A stretch of DNA of 64,000 bases from Octopus vulgaris. Its lineage: Eukaryota. Below the pieces are notes generated by a model. It worked only from the letters and a program-made list of their open reading frames with translations. It ran no database searches and was not told the DNA's origin. The stretch spans positions 154,752,001-154,816,000 of the forward strand of contig OX597815.1 of assembly GCA_951406725.2 (NCBI GenBank). The letters run 5' to 3'. Below, piece by piece: positions 12,963 through 26,827 of this stretch (its first letter is position 1; the number at the start of each line of letters is the position of its first letter). Made by a program: the position numbers and the translations under genes.

Positions 12963-13756
12963 GTATATATGTGTGTGCGCGTGTGTGCATGTGTGTGGGT
13001 ATGAGTGCATGTGTGTATGTGTGTGTGTGTGTGTGTCTTTGTTCCTGTATCTCTGTATCTATATTTGTTCCATATATTCTTCCCCTCATCAACACTTGAC
13101 AAAGGATGTTGACTTGTTTCCGTCCACGTAATCTGTAACCGACTTTAAAATGTTTTCTAGTTTCGGTCTCACTGTATAGCATTTGAGGGAAGTGTCATCC
13201 CTGATAGCAACAATTCTGTCAATTAAATTTCTGTGGAATCTGGCAGACAAAATCCCGTCGTATAATCACATGCATCAGTATCCCTGCTAAACGCCAGGAA
13301 CTATGACTTGCTACCATGTACCATCTTCCTCTCAAATGTTTTGGGTGTTTATGTGGTTTTTATGTGATGTTATGTGATGTTTGGGTATTTATGTGGTGTT
13401 TATGTGATGAGACATAAATCACTTCTCGTCTCCCATCATCCGTGAGGCAATGAACCATCTGCCGTGGGGCAGCTGGAGAGAGAAATGGCTGTAAAAGGAC
13501 TATGCTGTTACTCGTCACAGATTAGTAGACTGCAGAAATGAAAATAATGTCTCTTAAGAATGAACAGCTGGTTCTTATGCTACTGGTACGAAAACCACCT
13601 GCCCATGCGTCTTTCCCTCTCTCTCTCTTTCTCTTTCTTTCTTTCTCTTTCTCTCACCGACTTTGCTATGGAATGGAGAAACTGTTTGTTGTTTTCTGAA
13701 AACGCAACGGTTTGGACTTACGACACTTTTGGATAATAGCAACGTTATATACATAC

Positions 13757-13810
<54 letters not shown>

Positions 13811-13812
<2 letters not shown>

Positions 13813-13975
13813 AGGTGTGACTGCTTGGTAAGAAGCTTGGTTCTCAACCACGCGGGTCTGGATTCAGTCCCACTGCGTGGCACCTTGTATAAGTGCCTTC
13901 TATTATAGCCTCGGGCAGACTACAGCCTTGTGAGTGGATTTGGTAGACGGAAAGAGAAAGAAACATGCCGTATAT
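13811..13975 (+). mobile_element. SINE family A, 5' half
   Basis: Shares GGTAAGAAGCTTG...TTCAGTCCCACTGCGTGGCACCTTG...GTGAGTGGATTTGGTAGACGGAAA with other copies. Confidence 0.85.
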
Positions 13976-13989
13976 GTATATATAAGATA

Positions 13990-14395
13990 TAAATAGACAG
14001 CAGTTTGCAATGTTTCACCTAGAAGGAAACTTAAAATCGTTACTAAATGTGTTGTTTACACCTATAATAGTAGAAATGAGGCCTAAAATGCTCTAATGAT
14101 GCAGTCATATATACTGACAGGGACTGTAAGCGTACGAAAACACCGTTCGAGAATTCTTTATACTGACCTTTCAGTTTCGACTTAATTCTCTGTTAATATA
14201 TATGTTCTCATCATAGAAATCAATGGATGATTTAGCGAATCCCTAATGTGTATACAGAAAAATAATATAGACAGCTGTTTGTAATATTTCACCAAAAAGG
14301 AAAGCTATAACAATCACTAAATGTGACTAGGGCGTTATAAACACATTCATTCCTAGATATAAGAGCTAAAATACTCTAATGTTGTAGTCAAAACA
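13990..14395 (-). mobile_element. Tandem repeat of about 270 bp from the same family as 53710-54142, with a decayed hammerhead at about 14157-14219
   Basis: ATAGACAGC...CTAAATGTG...CTAAAATGCTCTAATG occurs twice. The minus strand has (A)UGAUGA...GAAA CUGA AAGG UCAG UA followed by GAAUUCUCG, as at 53964-53992. Confidence 0.7.
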
Positions 14396-14519
14396 TATAA
14401 TTGTATACATATGTGTGTGTGTGTGCATGTATGTGCTTTTCTGTGTGAGTGTGTGTATACACATTATCATATATAAATACTTCCATATTACTAAAAAGGT
14501 AAGGTAAAGTTATTTTCTC

Positions 14520-14720
14520 GTTTCATAAGGACCGGTTTCCATAGCGTATAAGTTCCCTACGTGTATAGGGGAGGAATTTAGACGCAAATGAATGAACTAG
14601 AGTAACGTGATCGAAGTGTTTTGCTCAGGAACACAACGCGTAGCCCGGTCCAGAAATCGAAACCACAATCTTACGATCATGAAGCCCAAACCTCCTAACC
14701 ATTAAGCCACGCGCTTCCAC
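14520..14720 (-). mobile_element. SINE family B-related copy
   Basis: TTGCTCAGGAACACAACGC...AATCGAAACCACAATCTTACGATCATGA...CTAACCA is the reverse complement of the family B head. Confidence 0.75.
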
Positions 14721-15589
14721 AGTGTAATACCAGTTTACACTAGTGATTTTTCTGTCAAAACATAACCTAGTGATTCGGTATTGGATATTGATGTAATTAG
14801 TCCATATTCACATATACCAACACTCAAATAAAGACTTCTAAAATATTGTCTTTGTTTCATAATTTGCATTAAAACTACAGTTTACAAATTATGTTCAAAC
14901 CGTTCTGTAATTTAAATGAAATTATCATTCTTTCTGTGCTATAGTGAACACTGTACTGCTTCTCTTCTCTTTGACGCAAGAAAATCATCCTGCAATCTTG
15001 AAGCTCTTTGATGGTTATTTCATTTCAAAATAACCTAATTGCGTAAATTGTAGCGTGAATGATTTTGATATGAAGGTTTTCAAACGGTAAATTTAACAAA
15101 TATGCGATATCTTTCAACACTACTTTGAGTGTACTAAAATTATGCATTAAACCTAATTCTGCTCTGATTTTCAAACGAACATTTTAACGTATAATTTTTT
15201 TTTTTTTTTTATAATTGCTTCATATCTTTTGCCTGTGCTTTGTGTTTTTTAGAAAGTACTAACCAAAAACAAAGACAAAACCAAGGCAACATGAGAATAT
15301 TGTCTTGAGCTGATGAAATGAAAAATACATTTCTAGTTAAAATATTTTATTTATTTGTTTTGCAAAATAACCTAATATACCATAATTAAAGGTATCTTTA
15401 TATCAAACATGAACATGAAAGAAATGAGACAAAATTCTAAGTGAGGAATGTCTGAAAATGTTTGTAGAATTTCCATGCAATATACATACATACATACATA
15501 GAAACATCCATCCATCCATTCTTACATACATATATACGTACATTTTATATATATATATATATATATATGTTTGTATGTATGTATGTATT

Positions 15590-15686
<97 letters not shown>

Positions 15687-15960
15687 TAAACTTCACTACG
15701 ACGAGCAATTTTCAAACGATTAACTTCATCGGAAGAATTGAAGTAACAGAAATATTTATGCATCCACAAACCCTTTTCGATAGATTTGATTTCTTGCTAT
15801 CATCTCAGCTGTGTATTTCTGGATTATACATAACTCTAATAGCCCTAGACATGGGTATGTAGTTAAGAAACTCACTTCGCAGCCACCTTGGGCAAGCATT
15901 TTTTTCTCTTGAACCTTCGAGCCGACCAATGCGTTGTGAGTGTATTTATAAGCAGAAATT

Positions 15961-16198
15961 TGTAACACGAAAGATGAACTGAAGGCAAGGATTATGGCAG
16001 CATTCACCAGCTTAAACAATGAGACCATCCAGAAGTGCTGCAGGAGATTCCGAAATTGTCTGAAGGCCGTGGTTGACGCCAATGAGGATTTTATTAAATA
16101 AAATGTAATTTTAGTAAATATATCTGTTAAAATGAGATGTCAGTGTCATTTTCATTTTTGCATTATTTAGACGACAATTTATTCACTGCAATCTGCAT
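15961..16198 (+). mobile_element. 3' end of a Tc1/mariner-superfamily (maT-like) DNA transposon
   Basis: Reads CNTKDELKARIMAAFTSLNNETIQKCCRRFRNCLKAVVDANEDFIK*, a typical transposase C-terminus. A TIR-like end follows near 16175-16198. Confidence 0.65.
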
Positions 16199-16419
16199 AC
16201 TTGTAAGGCTTGGTGTTTCTGTATTTGAATGTTTTTTTTTTATCATACCTAATGCACCTACTATAATGTGAATTGTTTCTGTTTTTAGGCTCAATAGCTA
16301 ATGAATTTTATAACATATTTGCTTAGTCCTTTGTCATCCTAGTTTCTTATTGCCACTCTGTATTCGAATGAGCCTATGTATTTTTAGTTCTAAAACCAGA
16401 GTACTAGTACCGCAATGCC

Positions 16420-16518
<99 letters not shown>

Positions 16519-16537
16519 CATATATATATATATATAT

Positions 16538-17295
16538 GGAGCAAATAATTCACGAAAATTAATTTGCGAAAATACCATTGACTCTGTTATTATCTAGTGT
16601 AAAAATTAAAAAATGATAATAACAGAATCAATGATATAGGCGATTGCACCTCCCCAAAATGTATTAAATAGCTAACGGATTACAATTAATCAAAGGACAT
16701 ACTGAGTATGTCTATTTGCTGGGAATAACAGTCAAAACTCTTATTTAAATCGCCAAAATACACTGATAATAACTACAGAAATCAACCGTCCGAAGGCAAA
16801 AGGGCAAAGACACCCCTTCAGCATACATTCAAGTATTTGGACTCATGTGGACCGGTTTCTGAACTGGCATAATAGACTAACCTTCCTCAGCACGCGTTAC
16901 CATGATGGAAAGCCACGAACCGTTATGTTGGAGTCTGCGCTGCAACTGATTCGTTTTGCGCCGAAATCATGTCAGCCAACAGTGTGAAAATAATTTCAAT
17001 GTTTATCTAAGCCGGTGTCGCTTCGGACGGTTGATCTTTGTAATTATTGTCAGTGTATTTTAGCGATTTAAATAAGACGTTTGACAGATGTTTCCAGCAG
17101 GTAGATATACTTAGTATGTCATTTGATTAATTTCAATCCTTCGGTTATTTAATGCTTTTTTGGGGTCAGCAATCGCCTATATATTGATTCTGTTTGTAGC
17201 ATTTTAAAATCCTTACACTTGATAATAACAGAGTTAATGGTATTTTCGCAAATAATTTTTTCGTAAATTATTTTTCTCGTCAATTATTTGCTCCG
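16538..17295. repeat. Foldback/MITE-like element with diverged inverted arms of about 260 bp (16538-16796 / 17021-17295)
   Basis: GGAGCAAATAATT...TTTGCGAAAATACCATT...TATAGGCGATTGC...ATCAACCGTCCGAAG is mirrored on the right. Starts at the edge of a (TA)n tract. Confidence 0.85.
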
Positions 17296-17329
17296 TATTG
17301 AAATTATTTTCACATTAAAATATTGAAAT

Positions 17330-18290
17330 TATTTTTGTATGTATGTATGTATGCATTTATGTATGTATGTTTGTGCAGATTTGTATGTTTTATGTGTGTA
17401 TTCTTATGCATAGAGTAACGTATCAAGACATATATATATATATATATTGAAATGATAACCTTCTGGAAGGTTTTACAGATTTTTACAGTTCCAGTGATAG
17501 ATTTTAACTGTAGGCTTCCAATTAGTTCTCTTCTTTCTGGTTTTGAGAAGCCTAGATTCTCAAGATTGGTATTTAGGTAGTGTGTTACATATTCCAGGAC
17601 CCCAATAATTACAGGTGTAAACCTAAACTTGTAATCTGGATAGAGTAACTGTATATTTCGCAATAATTCCGCATAGGTGTTCTCTTTTTCACAGATCTTC
17701 AGCTTTATGTTAACATCCACTGGGCAGCTAATTTCCACAACTGTGCACAGTTTTTCTTCTCTATACCAAATCATAATATCAGGTCTGTTGTGCTTACCTT
17801 TTACTGAGGTCTTCACTAGTACATTCCACCAGTATTCCTTTTCATTATGAGTGGCTATGGCTTTTACCATATTGTGGGATTTTATTTCTTTGTCCTTGGG
17901 ATTATCCTTCCGATGGATTTCATTATAGAGTGTCCTAGCTACAACATTATGTCTCATCGGTAGATAATACCGTGATGATACTTTCAGAGAACTGCTTATG
18001 ATGTGGGTAATATCTTCAGTGTGAACTCCACAAAGTCTGCATCGGTTGTTACATTTTACGGTTTTTCTCGCATCTCTATCTCTTTGTTGCATCAGGTACT
18101 TGGTCGATATTCCCCCTTCCTGGATTGCAAACGCATACTCTTCATAGTGGGAGGTGATAAGCGCCTATCAGACCAGGATAAACTGCTTTGATGATCGATG
18201 TCACTATCATCACAGAGCTTTCTACTAGCATATCCATGCATAGTGTTCTGCTCCTATAGGGTCATCCTTTCATCTAATGATACGTTGCGT
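17330..18290 (-). mobile_element. RLE-type non-LTR retrotransposon (R4/Dong-like), 3' fragment
   Basis: ORF 17310-18092 has a CRLC...EDITHIISS zinc knuckle (last Cys lost), RHNVVAR, RPDIMIW, VVEISCP, EKENTY and PVIIG, which form a restriction-like endonuclease domain. Upstream frame is broken. Confidence 0.88.
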
Positions 18291-20253
18291 TAGAGCCGTG
18301 CGACTTCTTTCGGTGTGTATTCTAGGTTATCAAAGGTCGCTGTACATCTTCTACACGGGCAGAAACAAGATTAGTCTTGTAAGTTTTGTTTTTCAGGTAT
18401 AAACACTCCCTCCTTATGTGGTGAGTGCATTTAACTTAAATTCTGCATTACCTCGCACATAAGTTTAGGGGTCTCATGTTTTGAGACTATGGCACACCTA
18501 ATACTATGTTTATTCCTGTTACGTATTGTTCACTTTAAACTATGGATTTCCTTGTAAAAACTGTTCCATCTGTTTATTGAGAGGACCTAAGAAAAGTAAT
18601 GCGTTGACTTCTAATACCAGTACATGCAAGATAATGGTGACCATGAGAAAAACAATTTCTTTCAGGTAAAGCCCAGCAAGAGGTAAATAATGCCCTGATG
18701 ATATATCAAAGCAACGTTTTACTGAACCGCACAAACGTATGTGTCTCCGAGTTAGACCGCATCATAAATATTTTGATGTGGAACAACTATTCAGATTAGT
18801 AGGTAAACAACATAAGGCATTAATATTTTAAGAACTTGTGAAGTGACGTATCATACATAACCGCAACAAGATTAAATTCTGGAATAATGTAGACACTTGT
18901 TTAAACAGAATTCGCTGTAGAGAATTTACAAATCCAGTACATGAGTTGCGAACTTTGTAGAGTCAAGATATTTGTAGTAAGTGGATTTGAAAATTTGGGA
19001 AAATATCAAGCTGTTTATCGGTTGATAAAACTAACGTTCTAATTGAAGATGCATCTAATAAATGTGAAACACTCGGTGTGCCCTGGTAGCAGCTATTCTA
19101 ACGGAGATTATCACTTCAGATAAATCTTGTTGAGGTCAGAAGTTTGAATTTTAAATCGGAGGAAATTGCATATAATAATCATATTTAATTTGTAAGGAAA
19201 AATTAATTAATCAATTAATATTTCCTTATTAAATTGTTGTCTACACTTTATATCACAGCTTTCATTCAATTTATTGCATTCCCATCTCATATTATGTCTC
19301 GCTTTGTAACTATTTACTAATTCGATATCACCTCATGTTATCTACTGTATATCTCTCTATATACAACTTTATCTCGCTCCATTATCCCTTACTCTCTCTT
19401 TTCCCCTCTCAGTCTCATGTCTTTGAACCATTACTTCCCATTCATAAGTGACATGAAATTTCTTTACTGTAACAAAAAATTAACAACACTTTTTGGGCTT
19501 CAGGTTTCCGAGGATCTGTAATCTACTGGATGTTGTTTCAGAGTAAACAGGTTTGAGTTTATAACTTCATGAGTTGAAATGTTTTTTTAGCGCAATAAAC
19601 TGCATTTTATAAATTTGTAATTCACACAAAGATAAATACTCAGGTCACTAATTATATACATACATGTATGCATACAAACATACATCGATGTATGTTAGCA
19701 TTTATGTATGTATGTTACTAGTAGTACGTACGTACGTACGTACGTATGTATGTATGTATGTATGTATGTATGTATGTATGTATGTATGTATGCATGCATG
19801 TATGTATGTATGTAATCATGCATGTATGTATATAAACATGCATGTATGTACACATGCATGTGTGTACACACATATACATAGAAGCTGGTGATCAAATCTA
19901 ATAAGAAATGGCAAGAAAGTTTAGAACTTTCCCAGCGATTAACTCATTTCTTATTAAATTCATCGCATAATACATACTTATTGAAATCAAACTTTCTTCA
20001 ATTAGATCAAACATTAGATTTTTCTCTGATATATTGCCGCTGCGGATGAAAAGATGATAAAGATGAAATGTACTGAATATCACATTAGGGATTTTTATAA
20101 ATATATAAACGTAAACAATAGCTACAAAAAATGAAGTCTTCTGAACGAAAGAACCGCAATAAGGTAAACCAACGTGTACTTTAGTTTATTTTGTATAACA
20201 AAAAGCAAAGAGTAAAGTAATATATATTTGGCATTTATTATTACCGCGTTTCA

Positions 20254-20470
20254 CGGTGGTGAGCTGGCAGAAATATTAGCACGTCGGACGAAGTACTTAG
20301 CGCTATTTCACCCGTCGCTACCTTCCTGAGTTCAAATTCTGCCAAGGTCGACTTTGCCTTTCATCCTTTCCGGGTCGATAAATTAAGTACCATTTGCGTA
20401 CTGGGGTCAATCAAAATCGACTGGTCCCTCTCCCCAAATATCCGGTCTTGGGCCTATAGTAGAAAGGATT
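20254..20470 (+). mobile_element. SINE family C
   Basis: Homologous to 12730-12962. Confidence 0.85.
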
Positions 20471-21494
20471 ATTAATATAGTTTTTCTTTTTGCTATGTGT
20501 ATGTATTTAGCGTGTTAACGCACCAAGGTACGTCGTTGTAACCAAAGTGAATATACTACTCACAGTCATAACCACGGGGAATATAAATGCTTTGGAATAT
20601 TTTAAAACTAAGTAGAATTAGAAGTCAAATGTAATATGAATTTTAGTATATGAACGCCATATATGTTTTATATAATTGATATGTATTTGAGTAATATGGG
20701 TGTCATTGTTTGTTTTTTTATGATTTGAATTCTTTCCATATAGCAGTTTACAAAGAAACAACGGTACATCGACGGAAATTAGATTTTAATTATTTGTTTT
20801 ATTGGATTTTATTTTTGCACTAGTTTGGTCTCAAGGCAGATGCATTCCCTTTGACATTTACACAATCATTGTGATGGGCGATCTCGATGCTATTAATTCT
20901 CCTTTAGAATTTGACTGATAAATATCTACAGGGAAGATATGAGTAAGAATATTCCAGGAAATCTGTCTTCTTGAGAAATGGAATGAGCATGGTGGTTCAT
21001 TCTTAGGAATTTAGGCACATCAACAGTGACAAGACGTGGAACTACAAGTAAGAAGTCAGGAGTGCCTGGGTGTCGGACGTACAAAACGTACCAATTCTGA
21101 AGAGAGAAGTCGTTATGGTAGCAATGAAAAACAGAGAAGTAAAGCAGCACGCTCATGGCTAGAGGCTAAAATGTGTGCATTAACGACTGAATCCCAGTTA
21201 CTTGAAGTTTTCAATTATTTGAAAACTTCTTTTTAGGAAGAGGCTAATTTCTATCAAGTATACAATGCTCCATCGTTGGAATGCAGACAACAAAAGCATA
21301 TTTCCATTTTGAACTTGGTAAAATCATGCATACTTTTAGTTTTGTGTTCACAGATTGTATTTCTGCTCTAACAGTTAGCTCGTCGATTTCTTTTCCTTTA
21401 AACCTTAGCTTATCCAGATTGTCACTTACGTATTTGATTTCAATATACGCACAAAATCAAGTGCTCCAATTATTATTGGTATACATATGAATTA

Positions 21495-21881
21495 GTGGAG
21501 GCGCAATGGCCCAGTGGTTAGGGCAGCGGACTCGCGGTCATAGGATCGCGGTTTCGATTCCCAGACCGGGCGTTGTGAGTGTTTATTGAGCGAAAACACC
21601 TAAAGCTCCACGAGGCTCCGGCAGGGGATGGTGGTGATCCCTGCTGTACTCTTTCACCACAACTTTCTCTCACTCTTCCTTCCTGTTTCTGTTGTACCTT
21701 GTATTTCAAAGGGCCGGCCTTGTCACTCTCTGTGTCACGCTGAATATCCCCGAGCACTACGTTAAGGGTACACGTTAAGTGGAGTGCTCAGCCACTTACA
21801 CGTTAATTTCACGAGCAGGCTGTTCCGTTGATTCGGATCAACCGGAACCCTCGTCGTCGTAACCGACGGAGTGCTTCCACC
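21495..21881 (+). mobile_element. tRNA-derived SINE family D, full length with target-site duplication
   Basis: A box TGGCCCAGTGG and B box GGTTTCGATTCC. A 12-bp TSD ACATATGAATTA lies at 21483-21494 and 21882-21893. Confidence 0.93.
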
Positions 21882-22664
21882 ACATATGAATTAATAATTA
21901 GGGCATAGAAGCTGGAGGTTTCAAAGTAGTTGTCCGTAGTTATCTTCTATCTCTGATATTCGAAGAGCTATTTCCACTAGCATTTTAACTGACCTCTGTG
22001 AAGGTACAAACTTTCCTTGACTGCCTCAAACAGCAATATCTTGCAATATATTTCGGAGAATTTTGTGATAAGAGCAGCGGTTTGTTTACATTATTTTCGA
22101 TTTACTTTATTTTAGTTGTTATCGAATTCTCAGTGTCTTGAGCACACCAATTAGCATCGCGAAAGCAAGCCAATTTTTATTTCCAAGAAAGATTTTTGTG
22201 GCTGAATCTCTTCCGCCATAAATGTCTTTAAGTTGAGGTGACCTTCACCCAAGTGATTTTTAGCAGTTTTATATAGCCGATAAGAGAGGGGGGTCATCAC
22301 GGGCTTTTCATAGCACCGAAGTCGTTCTTGGTTTAGATTAAGGTTAAATAAAATGAGGATACTATTTACGTCACCTTAGATAGCTTACTGATAACTCAGT
22401 GCTGGTTGAATCGATGATGCTATTAGTTTCAGCGATAATCGTGCTAGCAGAATTCCATATTGTTTTTAAGCCAGTTAGAATAACCACATGTTGATAAGTC
22501 GTAAAAGGTATTTTTATTTATAATTGGATAAATACAATGGTTACTGTTTTAGGCTGGGGAGGTTGGCGTAATTGTAGAAAAAAATCATCCAAACACGAAT
22601 GTTAAAGATTCTCCACGTCTGCAAGTATGATGTTGACGTTGCCACATGGGTGCATCATACAGCC

Positions 22665-22665
<1 letters not shown>

Positions 22666-22695
<30 letters not shown>

Positions 22696-22785
22696 TGTAT
22701 GTATGTATGTATGTATGTATGTATGTATGTATTTATGTATGTATGTATGTATGTATGTATGTATGCATGCATGTATGTATGTATG

Positions 22786-22817
<32 letters not shown>

Positions 22818-22879
22818 TGTATGTATGTATGTATGTATGTATGTATGTATGTATGTGTGTATGTATTATGTATGTATGT
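22666..22879. repeat. (TATG)n microsatellite, representative of dozens of (TA)n, (TG)n, (TATG)n, (GATA)n and (CT)n tracts in the window
   Basis: Directly visible. Other long tracts are at about 533-590, 4290-4365, 10445-10590, 15545-15683, 16425-16537, 30885-31084, 33530-33615, 34003-34105, 53105-53180 and 54195-54275. Confidence 0.99.
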
Positions 22880-23708
22880 TAATATTATAATAATTGTATT
22901 GCGATAATATTAATTCCTGTTGATTTATTATTAATTCCTTAATATTCGTCCGTAATTTTTGTCGTTTGCGTTTTAATTTCCGATCAGAAACCAACAGCAA
23001 TTTATTGCAGAACATTGACCACAATTACTCTATTATATTTTGTTCATAATGTTAAAAATCACTAACTATCTTAACGAGGTTTAAAGATTTAAAGAAAATC
23101 GAGAATGGTTTTCAAAATCAATGTTTTCTTCGAAATTCTCTTCTTAAGCTATCGTTAATATTTCTGTATTAGTATGTTTCATAAAATTAAACCTCAGCAT
23201 GATTTATAACATACAGATCGATGACAGTACAAACCGTACTAAGTAATTATTTGTTCACATTTCTCAGACAGGCTATTCTTAGAGCTGACAGTATGCAGAA
23301 AAAAAGCTCTGTTTGAATAAATGGTTTAGTGTTAGAATGAATGGTTCTGAGCACAATATCACTGAAATGAAGAATTATTGCGCCTGGAAACAATTTGGAG
23401 GGACGTTGACCAAATTTATGTGGAATATAAAAGTAAAGAAAAAAAAACAAATAACAACAACAAAAAAGTAAGGAAACGTATGTAAAATACTCTCCTCCTT
23501 GACATGAAATACAACTTTGAAGTTATTTCAAAGATTATATTCTAATTTACAACGTCTAGGAATATGTGTATAGAAACATATATGAGTATATTCATACACA
23601 CTCACACATACTCACACACACACACCATATGTATGTATATGTATGTATATTTCGAATATATATAGTATATATGTGTGCGTGTGTTTGTGTGTGTGGAGTG
23701 TCTAGTCC

Positions 23709-23945
23709 CAGGCGTGGCTGTGTAGTAATAAGCTTGCTTCCCAGGAACATTGTTCAGGATTCAGTGCCACATAGTGGCACTTTGGGTAGTGCGTGTATGT
23801 CTTTATATCTGTGTGTGTGTGTTTCTTTGTAAATGTGTTTGTTCCCCACCACCGGTTGACAACCGGATTTGGCGTGTTTACCACCTCGCAACTTAACGCT
23901 TCGGCCAAAGGAACCGATGAGAATATACCGGTTTGAGTAATTTAT
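23709..23945 (+). mobile_element. SINE family A, 5' part (continues at about 26730-26829 after the Gypsy insertion)
   Basis: GGCGTGGCTGTGTAGTAA head and TTGACAACCGG...AACTTAACG body. The diverged tail CAGTCTAATGACTG lies after the LTR element. Confidence 0.7.
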
Positions 23946-23949
23946 AAAT

Positions 23950-26728
23950 AGTAACAATCCGAGTGAGTTCAGATTTCAGAGTCAAGTGAAGTTCGTGTTA
24001 GTTCACAGTGAAGTCAAAAGGTGTCGGTTGGTTTGTCCACAAGGAATATTGATTGTTGGTTGGTAAAGAGATTTGTTAGTTCGTTAGATTGTTTTACTGA
24101 TGTCTGGTTATCTTATTTATTGTACGTAACAAATTACACTACAACATCTGGCAACGAGTGTCTCGAAGCTCACATAGGTTATTTAACAATTTGTTCGTGA
24201 TACCACTTGTTAAATTATAGAAGACTCATTCGGTTCCATTGCACATTGGTAAAGCAACAACGAGAGCAGCAACAGGAGTCGCAGAAGCAACTATTGCAGC
24301 AACAAATACAACAACAGCAATATTCAAAGAAGCCCCAAAATGAGGTAAGTTCCTTGTCGCCAGACAGCATTTCGATCGTGATTAATGAATTTAGTTATAA
24401 CCCAGAGGAGGGTATAAGTTTTGTATCATACTACAGAAGTTACGAGGAGATTATTAAGCAAGATTGCAAATCATGATCAGATAAACAAAACGTGAGATTG
24501 TTATTGTGAAAATTAGCTCCGGTAGAGCATAAACAATACTGTAATTTCATATTGTCCAATACAACCTAATGAAATTTATTTCAGAGAAACAAAAGAATTA
24601 CTGTCTAACATATTCGATGATAAAACTTCTCTATTTAACACTCGAACGAGAGTGTTGTAATCTAATGAAAAAAGATAACGATGATTTTATCACATACGCA
24701 GGAACAGTCAACAAGATGTGTGGAAGTTTTAAACTCAAAGAAGGTAGACCTGAGATGATCAAGTGTCTTATTTTCGTACAAGGCCTTACATCAGGCGAAC
24801 ATGCAGCAATTCTGGCAAGAATTCTTTTTAACTAGGAACAAGTGAACCAAGATCTAACCTTACAGTCCGTGGCAGAAGAATACCAATTGATGGTAAACCT
24901 GAAATTCGGTGTAGAAACAGAAACAGACTAACTACCAAATAAGAAACTTCGTACAGTTAAAAATAAATGCAATACATATTAAACTTCAATTGGATATTGG
25001 AAGTGATATTTCAATGGACAAATGGAAGAAAATAGGGAAACCTATGTTGAGAGAAACAGCGAAATCTGCTCGTAACGTGACGAGCGACAAATTACATTTC
25101 ATGGGCAAAATATGGACTAATGTCACATTTCGAGGGAAAAAATTCAAGGCGAAAATCTTTGTCGTTAAAAAGGCAACCGATCTGTTTGGTATTGATTGGT
25201 TAGAATTATTCGATTTTTGGGACCTCCCCACATATCTCTATTGTAAATTCGTAAATGGTTGTCCTAAAAATAATTCGTCTGAGGAGTTAAAGAGAAACAT
25301 TTTAAAAGTGTTTCCGCAAGTACTCTCGGACAAATTAGGTTTATGTACAAAGACTGAAGCATGTTTTAAATTAGATGATAATGTTACACCTGTGTTCAAG
25401 CCTAATAGAAAAGTGCCTTTTGCGGCAATAAAGCATGTGCACGATGAGTTGGACAGATTGGAAAAAAAACAAAATCATTGATAATATGTATCACGCGAAA
25501 TGGGCAGCTCTGACTGAATGTATAAAAAAGAAAAAAAACAAAATTATGTTGTGTGCTGATGCTCCGACCGGTTTAAATGACCTTTTAAAAATGAACCATT
25601 ATCCACTACTGATCCCAGAAGATAATTTTGCAAAACTAAACGGAGGAAAAATATTCTCAACACTCGATCTATCTGATGCTTACCTACTAATCAAAGTAGA
25701 TAAAAAAATACTCAAATTTTTTAACTGTCAACACGCACAGAGGTCTATAGAAATATAATAGTCTACCTTTTGGACTGAAGGTATCACCTGCAATATTTCA
25801 ACAGTTAGTGGACGCGATGTTAGCAGACTGTCAATTTGCTATACCATACCTTGATGAGGTGTTAATCAAAAGTGAATCGTGGAATGAGCGTATCGAACAC
25901 ATGAGGTGTGTCTTTAAAAAATTTAGGATTATGGTTTTGCACTCAGTGAAGAGAAGTGTGAATATTTTTTGTCTAAAATCAAATACTTAGGTCAAATCAT
26001 AGATATGAATGGAAGACATTCTGACCCGTCGAGGGCAGACGCAATCATGACTATGCCTCCTCAAACGAATGTACTGACATTACAAGCTTTCCTTGGCCTA
26101 CCAAATTACTATCAACAGTACATTCCAAATAAACATAAATTGAGAGCACCATTAAAAGATTTACTAAAATAACAGAAGTAAACTGGAATTGTCAGTAAAG
26201 TGCCAAAACGCATTTGAAGATATAAAGAAAATACTAAATTTTGACTTGTCACTAGCGCATTTCGACCCTAGATTGGATATTGCAGCATCTGAGGCTTCGG
26301 AGTATGGAATAGGAGTAGTGTTGCTACACAAGTATAAAGATGGAATTATGAACCCAGTAGTTCATTGGTTACGATCGCAGACATCAGCGGAAAAAAAGTA
26401 TAGAGAAGGAGGCTTTATCGATTATTTTTGCGGTAATAAAGTTTCACAAATTTCTAAAGGTTGAAGTTTTTTGTTACAAACCGACCATCGGCCATTACTA
26501 TCAATTTTTAGATCAAAGAAGGTATTTCTTACCCATACAGCGAACCGACTAGAAAGCTTAGGTACACTATTGCTGAACTACAATTTTAAGATGAAGTATA
26601 ATCCGTCGAACAAAATTGGTCATGCAGACTGCTTATGAAGGTTAATTCCCGAGTTTGTTAGTTCGTTACATTGTTTTACCGTTGTCTGGTTATCTTATTT
26701 ATTGCACGTAACAAAGTACGTTGCAATA
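23950..26728 (+). mobile_element. Decayed Ty3/Gypsy LTR retrotransposon (gag-PR-RT-RNase H; integrase deleted)
   Basis: The LTR 3' segment TTTGTTAGTTCGTTA...GTAACAAA is repeated at about 24072-24146 and 26654-26728. PBS TGGCAACGAG at 24149. Motifs: protease LDIGS, RT IFSTLDLSDAY / YLDEV / IKYLGQII, RNase H ASEYGIGVVL and QTDHRPL. Many stops and frameshifts. Confidence 0.93.
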
Positions 26729-26827
26729 AAATGAATAAATCTTGAGCAGTTTTACTCAATTTTAAAAAACCTTCAAGTATGTACCCTAGCATAATTGCAG
26801 TCTAATGACTGCAACTAGCAGAAGATA

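Noticed and set aside
21495-21570. tRNA-like sequences (also at 2785, 42475, 43022 and 51750)
   Set aside because: They are SINE heads continuous with repeated SINE bodies, and I see no complete cloverleaf.
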